Source: a virus
Length of the DNA: 49,357 nucleotides
Reading direction: 5' to 3' (one strand)
Virus record (IMG/VR): IMGVR_UViG_3300012582_000001
Location: 1-49,357 of that record
Part shown: piece by piece, positions 14,381 to 22,294 of the stretch
Layout: each line of letters begins with the position of its first letter
Numbering within the stretch: the stretch's first letter is position 1
The notes under the pieces: generated by a model
What the model was told of the DNA's origin: nothing
The model's input: only the letters and a program-made list of their open reading frames with translations
The model's database searches: none
Position numbers and translations under genes: made by a program

Positions 14381-14770
14381 ATGAAATATCACGCTATGAA
14401 TTTTATGGTTGGAGGTTCATTCGCTCTAATTTCAATAATGTTGGGATATAATTTTGGCACTTGGCAATATTGGTTAATTAATATACCTTCAGCATTAGTC
14501 ATCATAAATCTATTTCATTGGCTATTTCCCAAGCTTAAAAATGAAATATTGATGAAAAATAGAAAAAAGATTGATGAAGAATTGGAAGATTATTGGGTCG
14601 AGAAAGAAAAACGTAGAGAGGTAATACTTTTATCCGAAGAAAAAGAGGAAAAATTAGAAAGAGATAAATTGGCATGTAATCTTTATATCTATAATAAACC
14701 TATTTATAATCGCGTTTTTCTGATGACAGATGGTGTAACATGGTGTAACAACTTTAAGCAGAATCTATAA
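14381..14770 (+). CDS. Membrane protein (2 TM) with a charged C-terminal region
   Basis: 129-aa ORF with hydrophobic N-terminal segments. Confidence 0.5.
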   Translation: MKYHAMNFMVGGSFALISIMLGYNFGTWQYWLINIPSALVIINLFHWLFPKLKNEILMKNRKKIDEELEDYWVEKEKRREVILLSEEKEEKLERDKLACNLYIYNKPIYNRVFLMTDGVTWCNNFKQNL

Positions 14771-14959
14771 ATGAAATATTTATATTTGATTTTCAGACTT
14801 TTTAAAGCACCTTCTTGCAAACATAAGTGGGCTGAGATTAGGGTAGAAAGTTATGGTGATTATCAGTATTTGGTAAAGTTTGATCATGGTTATATCAAAA
14901 GAAGAGAATCAGTTTGCCAATGCGTTAAATGCGGAGAACAGAGGAGTTTTAGAGTATGA
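14771..14959 (+). CDS. Small Cys-containing protein
   Basis: 62-aa ORF with CKHKW...CQCVKCG. Confidence 0.45.
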   Translation: MKYLYLIFRLFKAPSCKHKWAEIRVESYGDYQYLVKFDHGYIKRRESVCQCVKCGEQRSFRV

Positions 14960-15192
14960 GCGAGTTTAAGAAATACCGAAACCGAAATAATCCGGCTGAG
15001 GTTGTGGAGGCTATTCAAAAGCCCGCGGATGTAAACCTAAGAACGCAAATAAAAGAAGGCTTAGATTCTTACAATCGAGGTATATTTAGCTGCACTAGCA
15101 TTACACATTGGTACATAAAAGGTGGCGTAGGGCCTATAACAGGTATGACGGATAGAAAATTTAAAAAAATGTACGAGGAAATAAAAGAATGA
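14956..15192 (+). CDS. Hypothetical protein
   Basis: 78-aa ORF with 4-nt overlaps on both sides. Confidence 0.5.
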   Translation: MSEFKKYRNRNNPAEVVEAIQKPADVNLRTQIKEGLDSYNRGIFSCTSITHWYIKGGVGPITGMTDRKFKKMYEEIKE

Positions 15193-15578
15193 GCATTGAA
15201 GAGAAAATAGCGGAGCTGGAAAGATGGGCTACTACCCACACTATCCAAGAGAAACATGACAGTCATGTGAGAGGGCCTTTTATAACTCCCAAACAAGCCT
15301 ATGAAGATGGTAAAATTTATGCAGCACGGAAAGCGCTTGAAATCATCAAATCTTTACAGAACGATATTGAATTATTAAAGGTATATAGTAAGGGTTTGTT
15401 GATGGGTGCTGATTCTATTAGAGAAGAAAACCAGAAGCTGAAAGAGAAATTGGAGATTGCCACAGAGGCATTAATGGAAATTCAATTAGCCGTCGATAAT
15501 GAAAATCCAAGCCACGAAACTATTTGGCGAATAGCTTATGAAGTAACAAATAAATCGCAGAAGCAAAATGATATTTAA
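15189..15578 (+). CDS. Hypothetical coiled-coil protein
   Basis: 129-aa ORF. Confidence 0.5.
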   Translation: MSIEEKIAELERWATTHTIQEKHDSHVRGPFITPKQAYEDGKIYAARKALEIIKSLQNDIELLKVYSKGLLMGADSIREENQKLKEKLEIATEALMEIQLAVDNENPSHETIWRIAYEVTNKSQKQNDI

Positions 15579-15765
15579 CGTAGTTTTGGGGGTTTGGGTT
15601 TTGTTCTTGATTTGTTCTATACAACAACTTTGGGTGTATGGAGGCTTAGAAGACAAAGATAAAATAAATCAGATAGAAGATAAAATTATGATCTCTAATA
15701 AGAAAATAGTTTATTTAATAATGATTCCAATAACAATCATGGCAATAATTTCAAAGTTTGTATGA
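15568..15765 (+). CDS. Small membrane protein
   Basis: 65 aa with two hydrophobic segments. Confidence 0.45.
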   Translation: MIFNVVLGVWVLFLICSIQQLWVYGGLEDKDKINQIEDKIMISNKKIVYLIMIPITIMAIISKFV

Positions 15766-15896
15766 AAAATCTTAAAGCTTTTCTCAAGCGATTATTTTGT
15801 TGGCATGAGTGGCGCAGAATTAATACGCTTTGTGCTCATTCTAAGAATATTAATCAATGTATCAAATGTCTAAAATATAATTGGCAATCATTATGA
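15762..15896 (+). CDS. Possible 44-aa zinc-ribbon peptide
   Basis: Hand-translated (MKNLKAFLKRLFCWHEWRRINTLCAHSKNINQCIKCLKYNWQSL). ATGA overlaps at both ends. Confidence 0.35.
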   Translation: MKNLKAFLKRLFCWHEWRRINTLCAHSKNINQCIKCLKYNWQSL

Positions 15897-16123
15897 GTAA
15901 CTACATCAAATACTACCGCCTAAAATCAAGCAAATCCAAAAAAGCTACGCACAGAGGCTATTTTATAGATGCGCGGGGAAAATATCCGAAGCGATTAGGT
16001 CATTCCAAAGACTATTATTATGTTATTTTTGGTAATGCAATTAATGAATGTGATGATAAAGAAATGAGAATGGAAGACTTTGACGAATTTATTAAGGATT
16101 ATATAGAGGTGAAAGCGAAATGA
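15893..16123 (+). CDS. Hypothetical protein
   Basis: The track ORF 15881..16123 starts at TTG. The first ATG is at 15893. Confidence 0.5.
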   Translation: MSNYIKYYRLKSSKSKKATHRGYFIDARGKYPKRLGHSKDYYYVIFGNAINECDDKEMRMEDFDEFIKDYIEVKAK

Positions 16124-16145
16124 TAACAATAATTAACTAGGTATC

Positions 16146-16308
16146 ATGGAAATAATTAGATTAGAAAAAAAGAAGGCATCAGTGGCCCGAAAACTTTGTG
16201 CCAGAATTAGAAGGTGGAGTTTATTACTGCCCATATTGTTTAAAAGGAAAGCCATCTACCGAAAATCAGGAAAGCGGTAAATCAAATATTAACAAAAAAA
16301 CGGAGTAA
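16146..16308 (+). pseudogene. Small CPYC zinc-ribbon ORF interrupted at an A7 homopolymer
   Basis: ATG at 16146 reads MEIIRLEKK. From the A-run at 16065-style position 16165..16171 the +1 frame is open to 16308 (RRHQWPENFVPELEGGVYYCPYCLKGKPSTENQ...). One extra A would fuse the two frames. Confidence 0.3.
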
Positions 16309-16310
16309 AA

Positions 16311-17006
16311 ATGTCAGAAGAATCATGTTCTTGTCACATCAATCCGCCATGCACCTATTGCATGAATAAATGCGGAGAATGCGGAGATCAAAATTGTGAA
16401 GAGCATTTTGTAGAAGAAGTTAAGAAAGAAGAGGTGGTAGAAACTCCTCTTATTTTCTCTGATAAAAAATTCTATTACGCAGACCCATCAAAATTTGTAA
16501 TTAAAGAATGTATTGCTTGTTTAGATCGAGGATGGATCAAATTCTTTAATGCGGATGGAGATTTGGAGACATGGGCACAGGGATATAGCAAAGAAGATTT
16601 ATTTGAAAATCAGCCAGATGCAGTAGCAAGAATGGCCTTTATGAGAAGGCTTTATTTAGAAACTTTCAGAAAAAAGCCTTTTCTTAAGCCAAAATTTTTA
16701 ATTGAAAATCTGGAAAAATTCATATTCATCGAGAGCGCTATTAATGAGCAACTCAAAGATTATCCAAATTTTGAATCGATAAGTTTTACAGATGTTTCCG
16801 CAGGAGGAATTCAAATTGGCGGTTCTCATAAATTAGTCGAGAGATATTATTACGGCCATCATCAACCTACTATCAAATATGATTTTTCAAACTTTCAGCA
16901 ATGTATCGAGGAATTTGTAAGTAACTGGAAAAAAATAGACAACGCTGAATATACCCAAGGTTATAGGCAATATTTACGAGAAGGTGAGCGATATAATTGG
17001 AATTAA
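16311..17006 (+). CDS. Hypothetical protein with a Cys-rich N-terminus
   Basis: 231 aa. CSCHINPPCTYCMNKCGECGDQNCEEH. Confidence 0.6.
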   Translation: MSEESCSCHINPPCTYCMNKCGECGDQNCEEHFVEEVKKEEVVETPLIFSDKKFYYADPSKFVIKECIACLDRGWIKFFNADGDLETWAQGYSKEDLFENQPDAVARMAFMRRLYLETFRKKPFLKPKFLIENLEKFIFIESAINEQLKDYPNFESISFTDVSAGGIQIGGSHKLVERYYYGHHQPTIKYDFSNFQQCIEEFVSNWKKIDNAEYTQGYRQYLREGERYNWN

Positions 17007-17052
17007 ATCCATCTAACGCTTTGGGAGAAAGTTTTAAAATTGGAGGTGGAGG

Positions 17053-17373
17053 ATGAATAAAGAAAAAGGATTCACCAAAACAACAGCAAAAATCTTAGGT
17101 AGAACTGTTGAACTTGGTGAGATTAACTTGAGCGTTGCAAAGCAAAATTACAAAATTGAAATGCAACCTAGTTTTGAAAATGATGGCTACGGACATCGCA
17201 GAAGTGTCACCTCTATCAGCGAACAAGGGCCTTTATTTGAGTTCGAGGGCTTCGTGATTAAAGAATATGACGGCTGGAATATGTGGATAGAAAATCCAAA
17301 AGGGGAAGGAACAACAATTCCAAAGTTAAAGTTTTTAAATATTTTGGATAAAATTTTTAAGGATAATTTTTAA
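17053..17373 (+). CDS. Hypothetical protein
   Basis: 106-aa ORF preceded by a GGAGGTGGAGG Shine-Dalgarno. Confidence 0.55.
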   Translation: MNKEKGFTKTTAKILGRTVELGEINLSVAKQNYKIEMQPSFENDGYGHRRSVTSISEQGPLFEFEGFVIKEYDGWNMWIENPKGEGTTIPKLKFLNILDKIFKDNF

Positions 17374-17401
17374 TGACACCCCAGAACGAAAATAAATCAA
17401 T

Positions 17402-17638
17402 ATGAATAAACTAGACCTTATTGAGAAAATTAAATCTTTTAGAAATCTAAAAAAGAACTGGGATTCTTATGGTGCAAACCCGCCTAGCGAAAAAACAATT
17501 CTAAGGGCTATATGGCTTGTAAAATGTTTGCCAGGAGATGAATTGCCGGATTTAGAAGTCATTCCTGTGGATGAGGCTATTGCATTTGATAATGGCAACT
17601 TGTCAATTAGGGTTTGGGAGGAAAATAAATCAATATGA
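17402..17638 (+). CDS. Hypothetical protein
   Basis: 78-aa ORF preceded by the junction repeat aaaataaatcaatATGA. Confidence 0.5.
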   Translation: MNKLDLIEKIKSFRNLKKNWDSYGANPPSEKTILRAIWLVKCLPGDELPDLEVIPVDEAIAFDNGNLSIRVWEENKSI

Positions 17639-17805
17639 TAATATTACGCTCAATCTTCTTGTTAATTTTAGGTATGATTTCATACACTATTCTCCAATAT
17701 TTTGGTTATGATTTAGATGATTGGCAGCTTTGGGTTTCACTCTTTGCTATCGGATTTATAGTTGAATGGTTTTTTGGTGATAAAATTTTTCAGCGTAAGA
17801 AATAA
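17635..17805 (+). CDS. Possible 56-aa 2-TM peptide
   Basis: Hand-translated (MIILRSIFLLILGMISYTILQYFGYDLDDWQLWVSLFAIGFIVEWFFGDKIFQRKK). Preceded by the same junction repeat. Confidence 0.4.
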   Translation: MIILRSIFLLILGMISYTILQYFGYDLDDWQLWVSLFAIGFIVEWFFGDKIFQRKK

Positions 17806-17827
17806 CTCGGAACAAAAATAAATCAAT

Positions 17828-17986
17828 ATGAAAAACAAAAAATTACTTAAAATTCTATCTGATTTATCAATTGAGTTAGAAGATATTTATAGAGACGGAG
17901 AAAAAGAAAATATGAGCTGGACTCATCATATATCAATACTGGGAAAAATTATAGAAATTAAAGTAACTGCTGCCAAAGATGAGTAA
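17828..17986 (+). CDS. Possible 52-aa protein
   Basis: Hand-translated (MKNKKLLKILSDLSIELEDIYRDGEKENMSWTHHISILGKIIEIKVTAAKDE). Preceded by the junction repeat. Overlaps the next ATG. Confidence 0.4.
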   Translation: MKNKKLLKILSDLSIELEDIYRDGEKENMSWTHHISILGKIIEIKVTAAKDE

Positions 17987-18176
17987 ATATCAAGAAAAGG
18001 GTGATGTGGTTTCTTTTAATCATGAAGGAAAAAGATTGGTCGGTGAATATCTTTATTCAGTTGACAGAAAGCGACCTGATGGTTGGCTAGATTTAATTTT
18101 CTGCATCAAAGTTGATGAAGAATTTGTTAGAGTTGTTTGCTCAGAAGCGGATCTAAAAGTTGAGAGGAAGATATGA
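17979..18176 (+). CDS. Hypothetical protein
   Basis: 65-aa ORF. Confidence 0.5.
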   Translation: MSKYQEKGDVVSFNHEGKRLVGEYLYSVDRKRPDGWLDLIFCIKVDEEFVRVVCSEADLKVERKI

Positions 18177-18424
18177 GAAAAATCTTTTATGAGATTTTCA
18201 AGGATCATAACAAGGAACTTAATGGCATAAAAAGCGGTAGTTGCATAAGATTTGAAGATGAAATTTATATACTTTTTTATTGTGATGAGAGGTTTAAATA
18301 TGATGGTTTGCCTAGCTCATATAAGGAAGATTGGTATCTTTATAATTTACAAACGAAGGTGATTCAGCGAGTTCATGATTATAACAGAATCATATTAAAA
18401 TTAGCTAAAGATAAGAGAAAATAA
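18173..18424 (+). CDS. Hypothetical protein
   Basis: 83-aa ORF with a 4-nt overlap. Confidence 0.5.
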   Translation: MRKIFYEIFKDHNKELNGIKSGSCIRFEDEIYILFYCDERFKYDGLPSSYKEDWYLYNLQTKVIQRVHDYNRIILKLAKDKRK

Positions 18425-18430
18425 ATTAAT

Positions 18431-18901
18431 ATGAGCAAACCAATTTTAGATGCCTGTTGCGGAAGCAAAATGTTCTGGTTCGATAAAAACAACCCTAATG
18501 TTTTATTTGCAGATATTCGCAGGGAAGAACATATTTTATGCGACGGCCGAGAATTGAAAATTACGCCGGATGTTGAGATGGATTTTAGAAAAATGGATTT
18601 CAAAGATAATTCTTTCAAATTGGTAGTGTTTGATCCACCGCATTTAAAATCGGCCGGAAAAGATAGCTACATGGCCAAAAAATATGGAACCCTTCAACCG
18701 AATTGGAAAGAAGATATTGAGCAGGGATTTAAGGAGTGTATGAGAGTTTTAGAGCCGTTTGGAATATTAATTTTCAAATGGAATGAAACTCAGATTAAGG
18801 TCAGTGAGATTTTGAATGTAATTGGATTAAAACCATTGCTTGGCCACAAATCCGGTAAGAATTCAAATACGCATTGGTTAACATTTATGAAAATGAATTA
18901 G
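18431..18901 (+). CDS. Small SAM-dependent DNA methyltransferase (orphan)
   Basis: ILDACCGS (motif I-like) and VVFDPPH (the (D/N/S)PP(Y/F/H) catalytic motif of amino-methyltransferases). No adjacent nuclease. Confidence 0.55.
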   Translation: MSKPILDACCGSKMFWFDKNNPNVLFADIRREEHILCDGRELKITPDVEMDFRKMDFKDNSFKLVVFDPPHLKSAGKDSYMAKKYGTLQPNWKEDIEQGFKECMRVLEPFGILIFKWNETQIKVSEILNVIGLKPLLGHKSGKNSNTHWLTFMKMN

Positions 18902-18902
18902 T

Positions 18903-19142
18903 ATGAGTGAGAATAAAACTAAAAAACTATATTTTGATTGTCCGGTAAAGGCGCTCTACATGATAAGAGAGTTTGACATCAAAATTGATGGATTGGATAA
19001 GCGTTGGGGAAGATATGCAGTAAATCAAGAAGATATACTCAAAAATTTTCATAAATATATTGAAGAAAAGCTTTATGTGGCGCTAGAATCGGAGTATATT
19101 TTTGACAACAAACAATTTTTTATGCCAAAGGAGGAAGTGTGA
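18903..19142 (+). CDS. Hypothetical protein
   Basis: 79-aa ORF. Confidence 0.5.
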   Translation: MSENKTKKLYFDCPVKALYMIREFDIKIDGLDKRWGRYAVNQEDILKNFHKYIEEKLYVALESEYIFDNKQFFMPKEEV

Positions 19143-19153
19143 GTGAGAAGGAA

Positions 19154-19277
19154 ATGAAAATGGAATAGCCTAAAAATTCACGAAAAGAGAGATGGATGGG
19201 AAATTCCAGCTTTGCAGATTTTTATTGAAAAACCAACTGAAAGAGGTTGTTGGCATTATTTCCGCAGAAAACTTTAA
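19154..19277 (+). pseudogene. Small ORF lacking an in-frame start (frame break at an A4 run)
   Basis: ATG AAA ATG GAA TAG in one frame. The neighbouring frame is open from 19158 to the TAA at 19275 (WNSLKIHEKRDGWEIPALQIFIEKPTERGCWHYFRRKL). Deleting one A would join them. Confidence 0.25.
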
Positions 19278-19298
19278 CAACATCTTACTACTAATAAT

Positions 19299-19724
19299 AT
19301 GGCGAATTTAAGAGAAATACAAGAATTTGTTGCTACAAAATGCTGCTCCGATAAATATCGTAAGAATGCAGAAGAATTAAATTTTACAGACGCGGATTAC
19401 CTTAATTGTTTAGGAATGCCGGATTTAAGAATGATTATGAAAGCCCTAGGATCAATCTATGCTGTAACTGGAAATGGGACATTTCTAAAATATGATGAGT
19501 CTTATAAAATATATAAACCTTTGCAAATATATAACTTAATTGGCAATCATGATCAAATGATGAATATTGTACATAAACTATCCAAGCCTTTATTACCTAA
19601 AAATTCTAAATTAACAAAAATGCAAGTTACTGAATTAAGATGGAATATTGATAAATTAAATTTAGGAGAACAATCCGAGGAAGTGCAACTGAGAATAGCG
19701 GAGTTATTAGGATTTATTTTATAA
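19299..19724 (+). CDS. Hypothetical protein
   Basis: 141-aa ORF immediately preceded by the 24-nt junction repeat. Confidence 0.55.
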   Translation: MANLREIQEFVATKCCSDKYRKNAEELNFTDADYLNCLGMPDLRMIMKALGSIYAVTGNGTFLKYDESYKIYKPLQIYNLIGNHDQMMNIVHKLSKPLLPKNSKLTKMQVTELRWNIDKLNLGEQSEEVQLRIAELLGFIL

Positions 19725-19745
19725 CAACATCTTACTACTAATAAT

Positions 19746-20099
19746 ATGACAAAAGAAATTAATGTTTTTAAGAAAAATGGTGAGATTCACAATTCTTGTC
19801 CACATATTGACAATATTTTAGAACTTTGCAGTAAGCAGGAAGATATTATTTCTCAAATCAAAGAAGAGCTGGAAAGGGTTAGAAAAATTAATGAGGAATT
19901 AAGAAAAAGCAATAATTACGATAAAGGAAAGGAAGAAGTTTGGGATGAGGTATCCGATATTGTCGAAATCAGAAGATGTGATGCAAGAGATTTGAAAAAA
20001 TTTTGTGAAGAAAGAAATGAAATGGAGCGCAGAATAGATCAGTTAGAAGATGAAAATGATGATTTGCTAAAACAAATCAGAAGTTTTGATGACGCCTAA
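19746..20099 (+). CDS. Hypothetical coiled-coil protein
   Basis: 117-aa ORF preceded by an identical 24-nt junction repeat. Confidence 0.55.
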   Translation: MTKEINVFKKNGEIHNSCPHIDNILELCSKQEDIISQIKEELERVRKINEELRKSNNYDKGKEEVWDEVSDIVEIRRCDARDLKKFCEERNEMERRIDQLEDENDDLLKQIRSFDDA

Positions 20100-20212
20100 C
20101 AACATCTTATACTAATTAATATACAAAAAAAAGTAATCCTATTTTACATAAGGTTTCTTATGCATCCGTGTTGTATATTTGGAATAAAGAAAATATTAAG
20201 TGCATATAGCTA

Positions 20213-20242
20213 TTGACTTCCTTAAATTTTAGTTCATATTAT
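20213..20242 (+). promoter_or_regulatory. Candidate promoter TTGACT-18-TATTAT for the 20255/recombinase unit
   Basis: TTGACT at 20213..20218 and TATTAT at 20237..20242, followed by an AAGGGG Shine-Dalgarno and the ATG at 20255. Confidence 0.4.
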
Positions 20243-20254
20243 AAAGGGGCGTTT

Positions 20255-20719
20255 ATGAAATGTAAAACTAACCAAATAAAAAGGAATTTTATGACTGAAG
20301 AGCAAATACAGGATTTAAAAAGAGATAAATTAAAAAGTGATTTAATGATTGCAGAAAGAAAACTCCAAATGTTAGAAATTGGGCTCGAAAAAAACTCACC
20401 CTTTGGTGATTTCAAATTATGGGATAAAGACAAAGAAGAAACGGTGGCCGAAATTAAGTTATATCAATATCAAGAAACCTACGCTTCTGAAAATGATTGG
20501 AATGAAATATTAAAAGCTGCCGCTCTGAAAGTTATAAAATATTTAGAAGAAAAAGAAGATACCTTAGAGAAAATAAGACTGGAAGTAAAAAGAGAAAAGA
20601 TATCCCCTCATTTGCAAGATAGAATTATTGAAATAATGAATCAGGATATTAAAAAGACAAGAATTAAAATCTATGAAATTAACCAATTGCTGATATGGGA
20701 ATTAGCAGAAACGGATTAG
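20255..20719 (+). CDS. Hypothetical coiled-coil protein
   Basis: The track ORF 20213..20719 begins at TTG inside the promoter. The ATG at 20255 has a good Shine-Dalgarno. Confidence 0.55.
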   Translation: MKCKTNQIKRNFMTEEQIQDLKRDKLKSDLMIAERKLQMLEIGLEKNSPFGDFKLWDKDKEETVAEIKLYQYQETYASENDWNEILKAAALKVIKYLEEKEDTLEKIRLEVKREKISPHLQDRIIEIMNQDIKKTRIKIYEINQLLIWELAETD

Positions 20720-20732
20720 TCGCTGACTAAAC

Positions 20733-21383
20733 ATGAAAAAATTCATCGGCTACATTCGCGTTTCCACCGATAAACAAAACTACGGCCTTGATGCTCAGTT
20801 ATCTATAATCAATAATTATATCAAGAACAAAGGCGAATTACTGGCTTACTATGAGGATAAACTTTCTGGAAAATTAAACGAAAGGGCTGGCTTACAAAAT
20901 GCTTTAGAACATTGCAAAAAAGAAAGAGCCACACTATTAATTGCCAAGCTTGACAGGCTATCAAGAAATGTGGTATTTTTATTCCAAATTAGAGAATCCG
21001 GCGTCGATATTGCTTGTTGCAATTTGCCAGATTTAAACACTTTAACACTTGGTATTTTTGCTACAATGGCCCAACATGAAAGAGAAATAATTAGTCAGCG
21101 AACTAAGGAAGGAATGGCGGTTGCTATCGCCAAAGGAAAGAAAGTTGGAAGAAAAAAAGGCTATAAACGCCATCCCTCAATTTCTGAAAAAATTAGAGCT
21201 TCAAAAAGATCTAAAGCCTTAACAGTTAATGAAAGGTTAATAAAAGCTGCATTGCATCTCAAAAGTAAGAATTTGCCTATTTGCGCGATAACCAGGGAGT
21301 TAAACAGCCTTGGATTTGTGGCACCAAAAGGTGGAGGACTAAAGCCTTTCCAGGTTTATAGAGTGTTGAAACTGCTGCTGTAA
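20733..21383 (+). CDS. Small serine recombinase (resolvase/invertase family)
   Basis: YIRVSTDKQ (catalytic Ser), AKLDRLSRN, QHEREIISQRTKEG and a C-terminal HTH-like region. At 216 aa it is too short for a large serine integrase. Confidence 0.85.
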   Translation: MKKFIGYIRVSTDKQNYGLDAQLSIINNYIKNKGELLAYYEDKLSGKLNERAGLQNALEHCKKERATLLIAKLDRLSRNVVFLFQIRESGVDIACCNLPDLNTLTLGIFATMAQHEREIISQRTKEGMAVAIAKGKKVGRKKGYKRHPSISEKIRASKRSKALTVNERLIKAALHLKSKNLPICAITRELNSLGFVAPKGGGLKPFQVYRVLKLLL

Positions 21384-21488
21384 ATGTTATGCCGGCCTTA
21401 TGCAAAAGCAATGAAGGAGCGGCGCACCTCATTAAGAAGCGTGTGATTTAACCACTTTATTTATTAATGATTTAAAAACAAGAGAAAT

Positions 21489-21824
21489 ATGTCAGACGAT
21501 TTTCAAAACACTATTAATGAGATAAGAAATTTTAATCAAATAATTTTTAATGCCATGCCAGCTCATTCAAAATTAGAAAAATTGGAAGAGACTGTTAACA
21601 AAAAAGATAAAAGGAAATTAGCAAAAGCTTTAATGTGGCATAATGATGGCGATAGTTTTGATCAAAGAATATTTGAATTAATTTCTAAAGCTCAAAGCAC
21701 AAGCCATAATTATTATCGGTTAATGATGGGCTTTCCTGATTATGTAGAAATGTGGGCAGAGTGGCAAGCGACCGAGAATGAAGAAGATTTTTTCAATAAA
21801 TATGAGGTGATTATTAAAGCTTAA
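21489..21824 (+). CDS. Hypothetical protein
   Basis: 111-aa ORF. Its 3-prime end overlaps the convergent DUF1640-like gene by 11 nt. Confidence 0.5.
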   Translation: MSDDFQNTINEIRNFNQIIFNAMPAHSKLEKLEETVNKKDKRKLAKALMWHNDGDSFDQRIFELISKAQSTSHNYYRLMMGFPDYVEMWAEWQATENEEDFFNKYEVIIKA

Positions 21825-22047
21825 TCAAAGCAGCGATAATACCAATACCAATAGCGATAAAGCTTCCTAATTTAATCGTAAGTTTTTGCTCTAGGATTTG
21901 CAAATCTTGTTTAGTTGCTGCCGTATTAGCAGAGTCACTTTGAACTTCTTTAATAGCTTCAGCAAGCTCTTCAGCTTGTTCTTTCTGCATTCCGGCTTCT
22001 TGAAGCCTTTTGGCAAATTTTAAAGTGTCGAAAGTGATAGCTGACAT
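21814..22047 (-). CDS. DUF1640-like coiled-coil protein with a C-terminal TM anchor
   Basis: FDTLKFAKRLQEAGMQKEQAEELAEAI...ATKQDLQILEQKL matches the DUF1640 pattern as I recall it. The C-terminus FIAIGIGIIAALI is hydrophobic. Confidence 0.5.
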   Translation of the reverse strand: MSAITFDTLKFAKRLQEAGMQKEQAEELAEAIKEVQSDSANTAATKQDLQILEQKLTIKLGSFIAIGIGIIAALIKL

Positions 22048-22139
22048 AAAAAAATCATTTAAAATTACTCCACCCTTGGAGGGTGGCTTGTGCCTGAGGG
22101 CAATTCTTGAAAGTAATATTATAATTAAGTTAGGAAATT

Positions 22140-22280
22140 GTCAATTAGGTTTTGCCCGACGTCGGGAAAAACCCTGGTTTTGAAGGGTTGGGAGCAGTTT
22201 TTAGTTGCAAAGCGAGTAATGAAGCCTTACAAATCAAGGCTCCACCTTATGCTACCGACATTTGTGGCGGTAGCATAGTA
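22140..22280 (+). ncRNA. GC-rich multi-hairpin leader upstream of the fic gene (candidate cis-regulatory RNA or sRNA)
   Basis: Hairpins: cccgacgtcggg at 22155..22166; aaccct/agggtt at 22170..22189; gcctt/aaggc at 22224..22240; atgctaccg/cggtagcat at 22249..22276 (9 bp), ending 18 nt before the ATG. Confidence 0.25.
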
Positions 22281-22294
22281 ATTATGTAATAAAT

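Noticed and set aside
20733-21383. Serine recombinase as the phage integrase
   Set aside because: At 216 aa it lacks the large C-terminal recombinase and zinc-ribbon domains of integrating large serine recombinases. A resolvase or invertase role is more plausible, although integration cannot be excluded.
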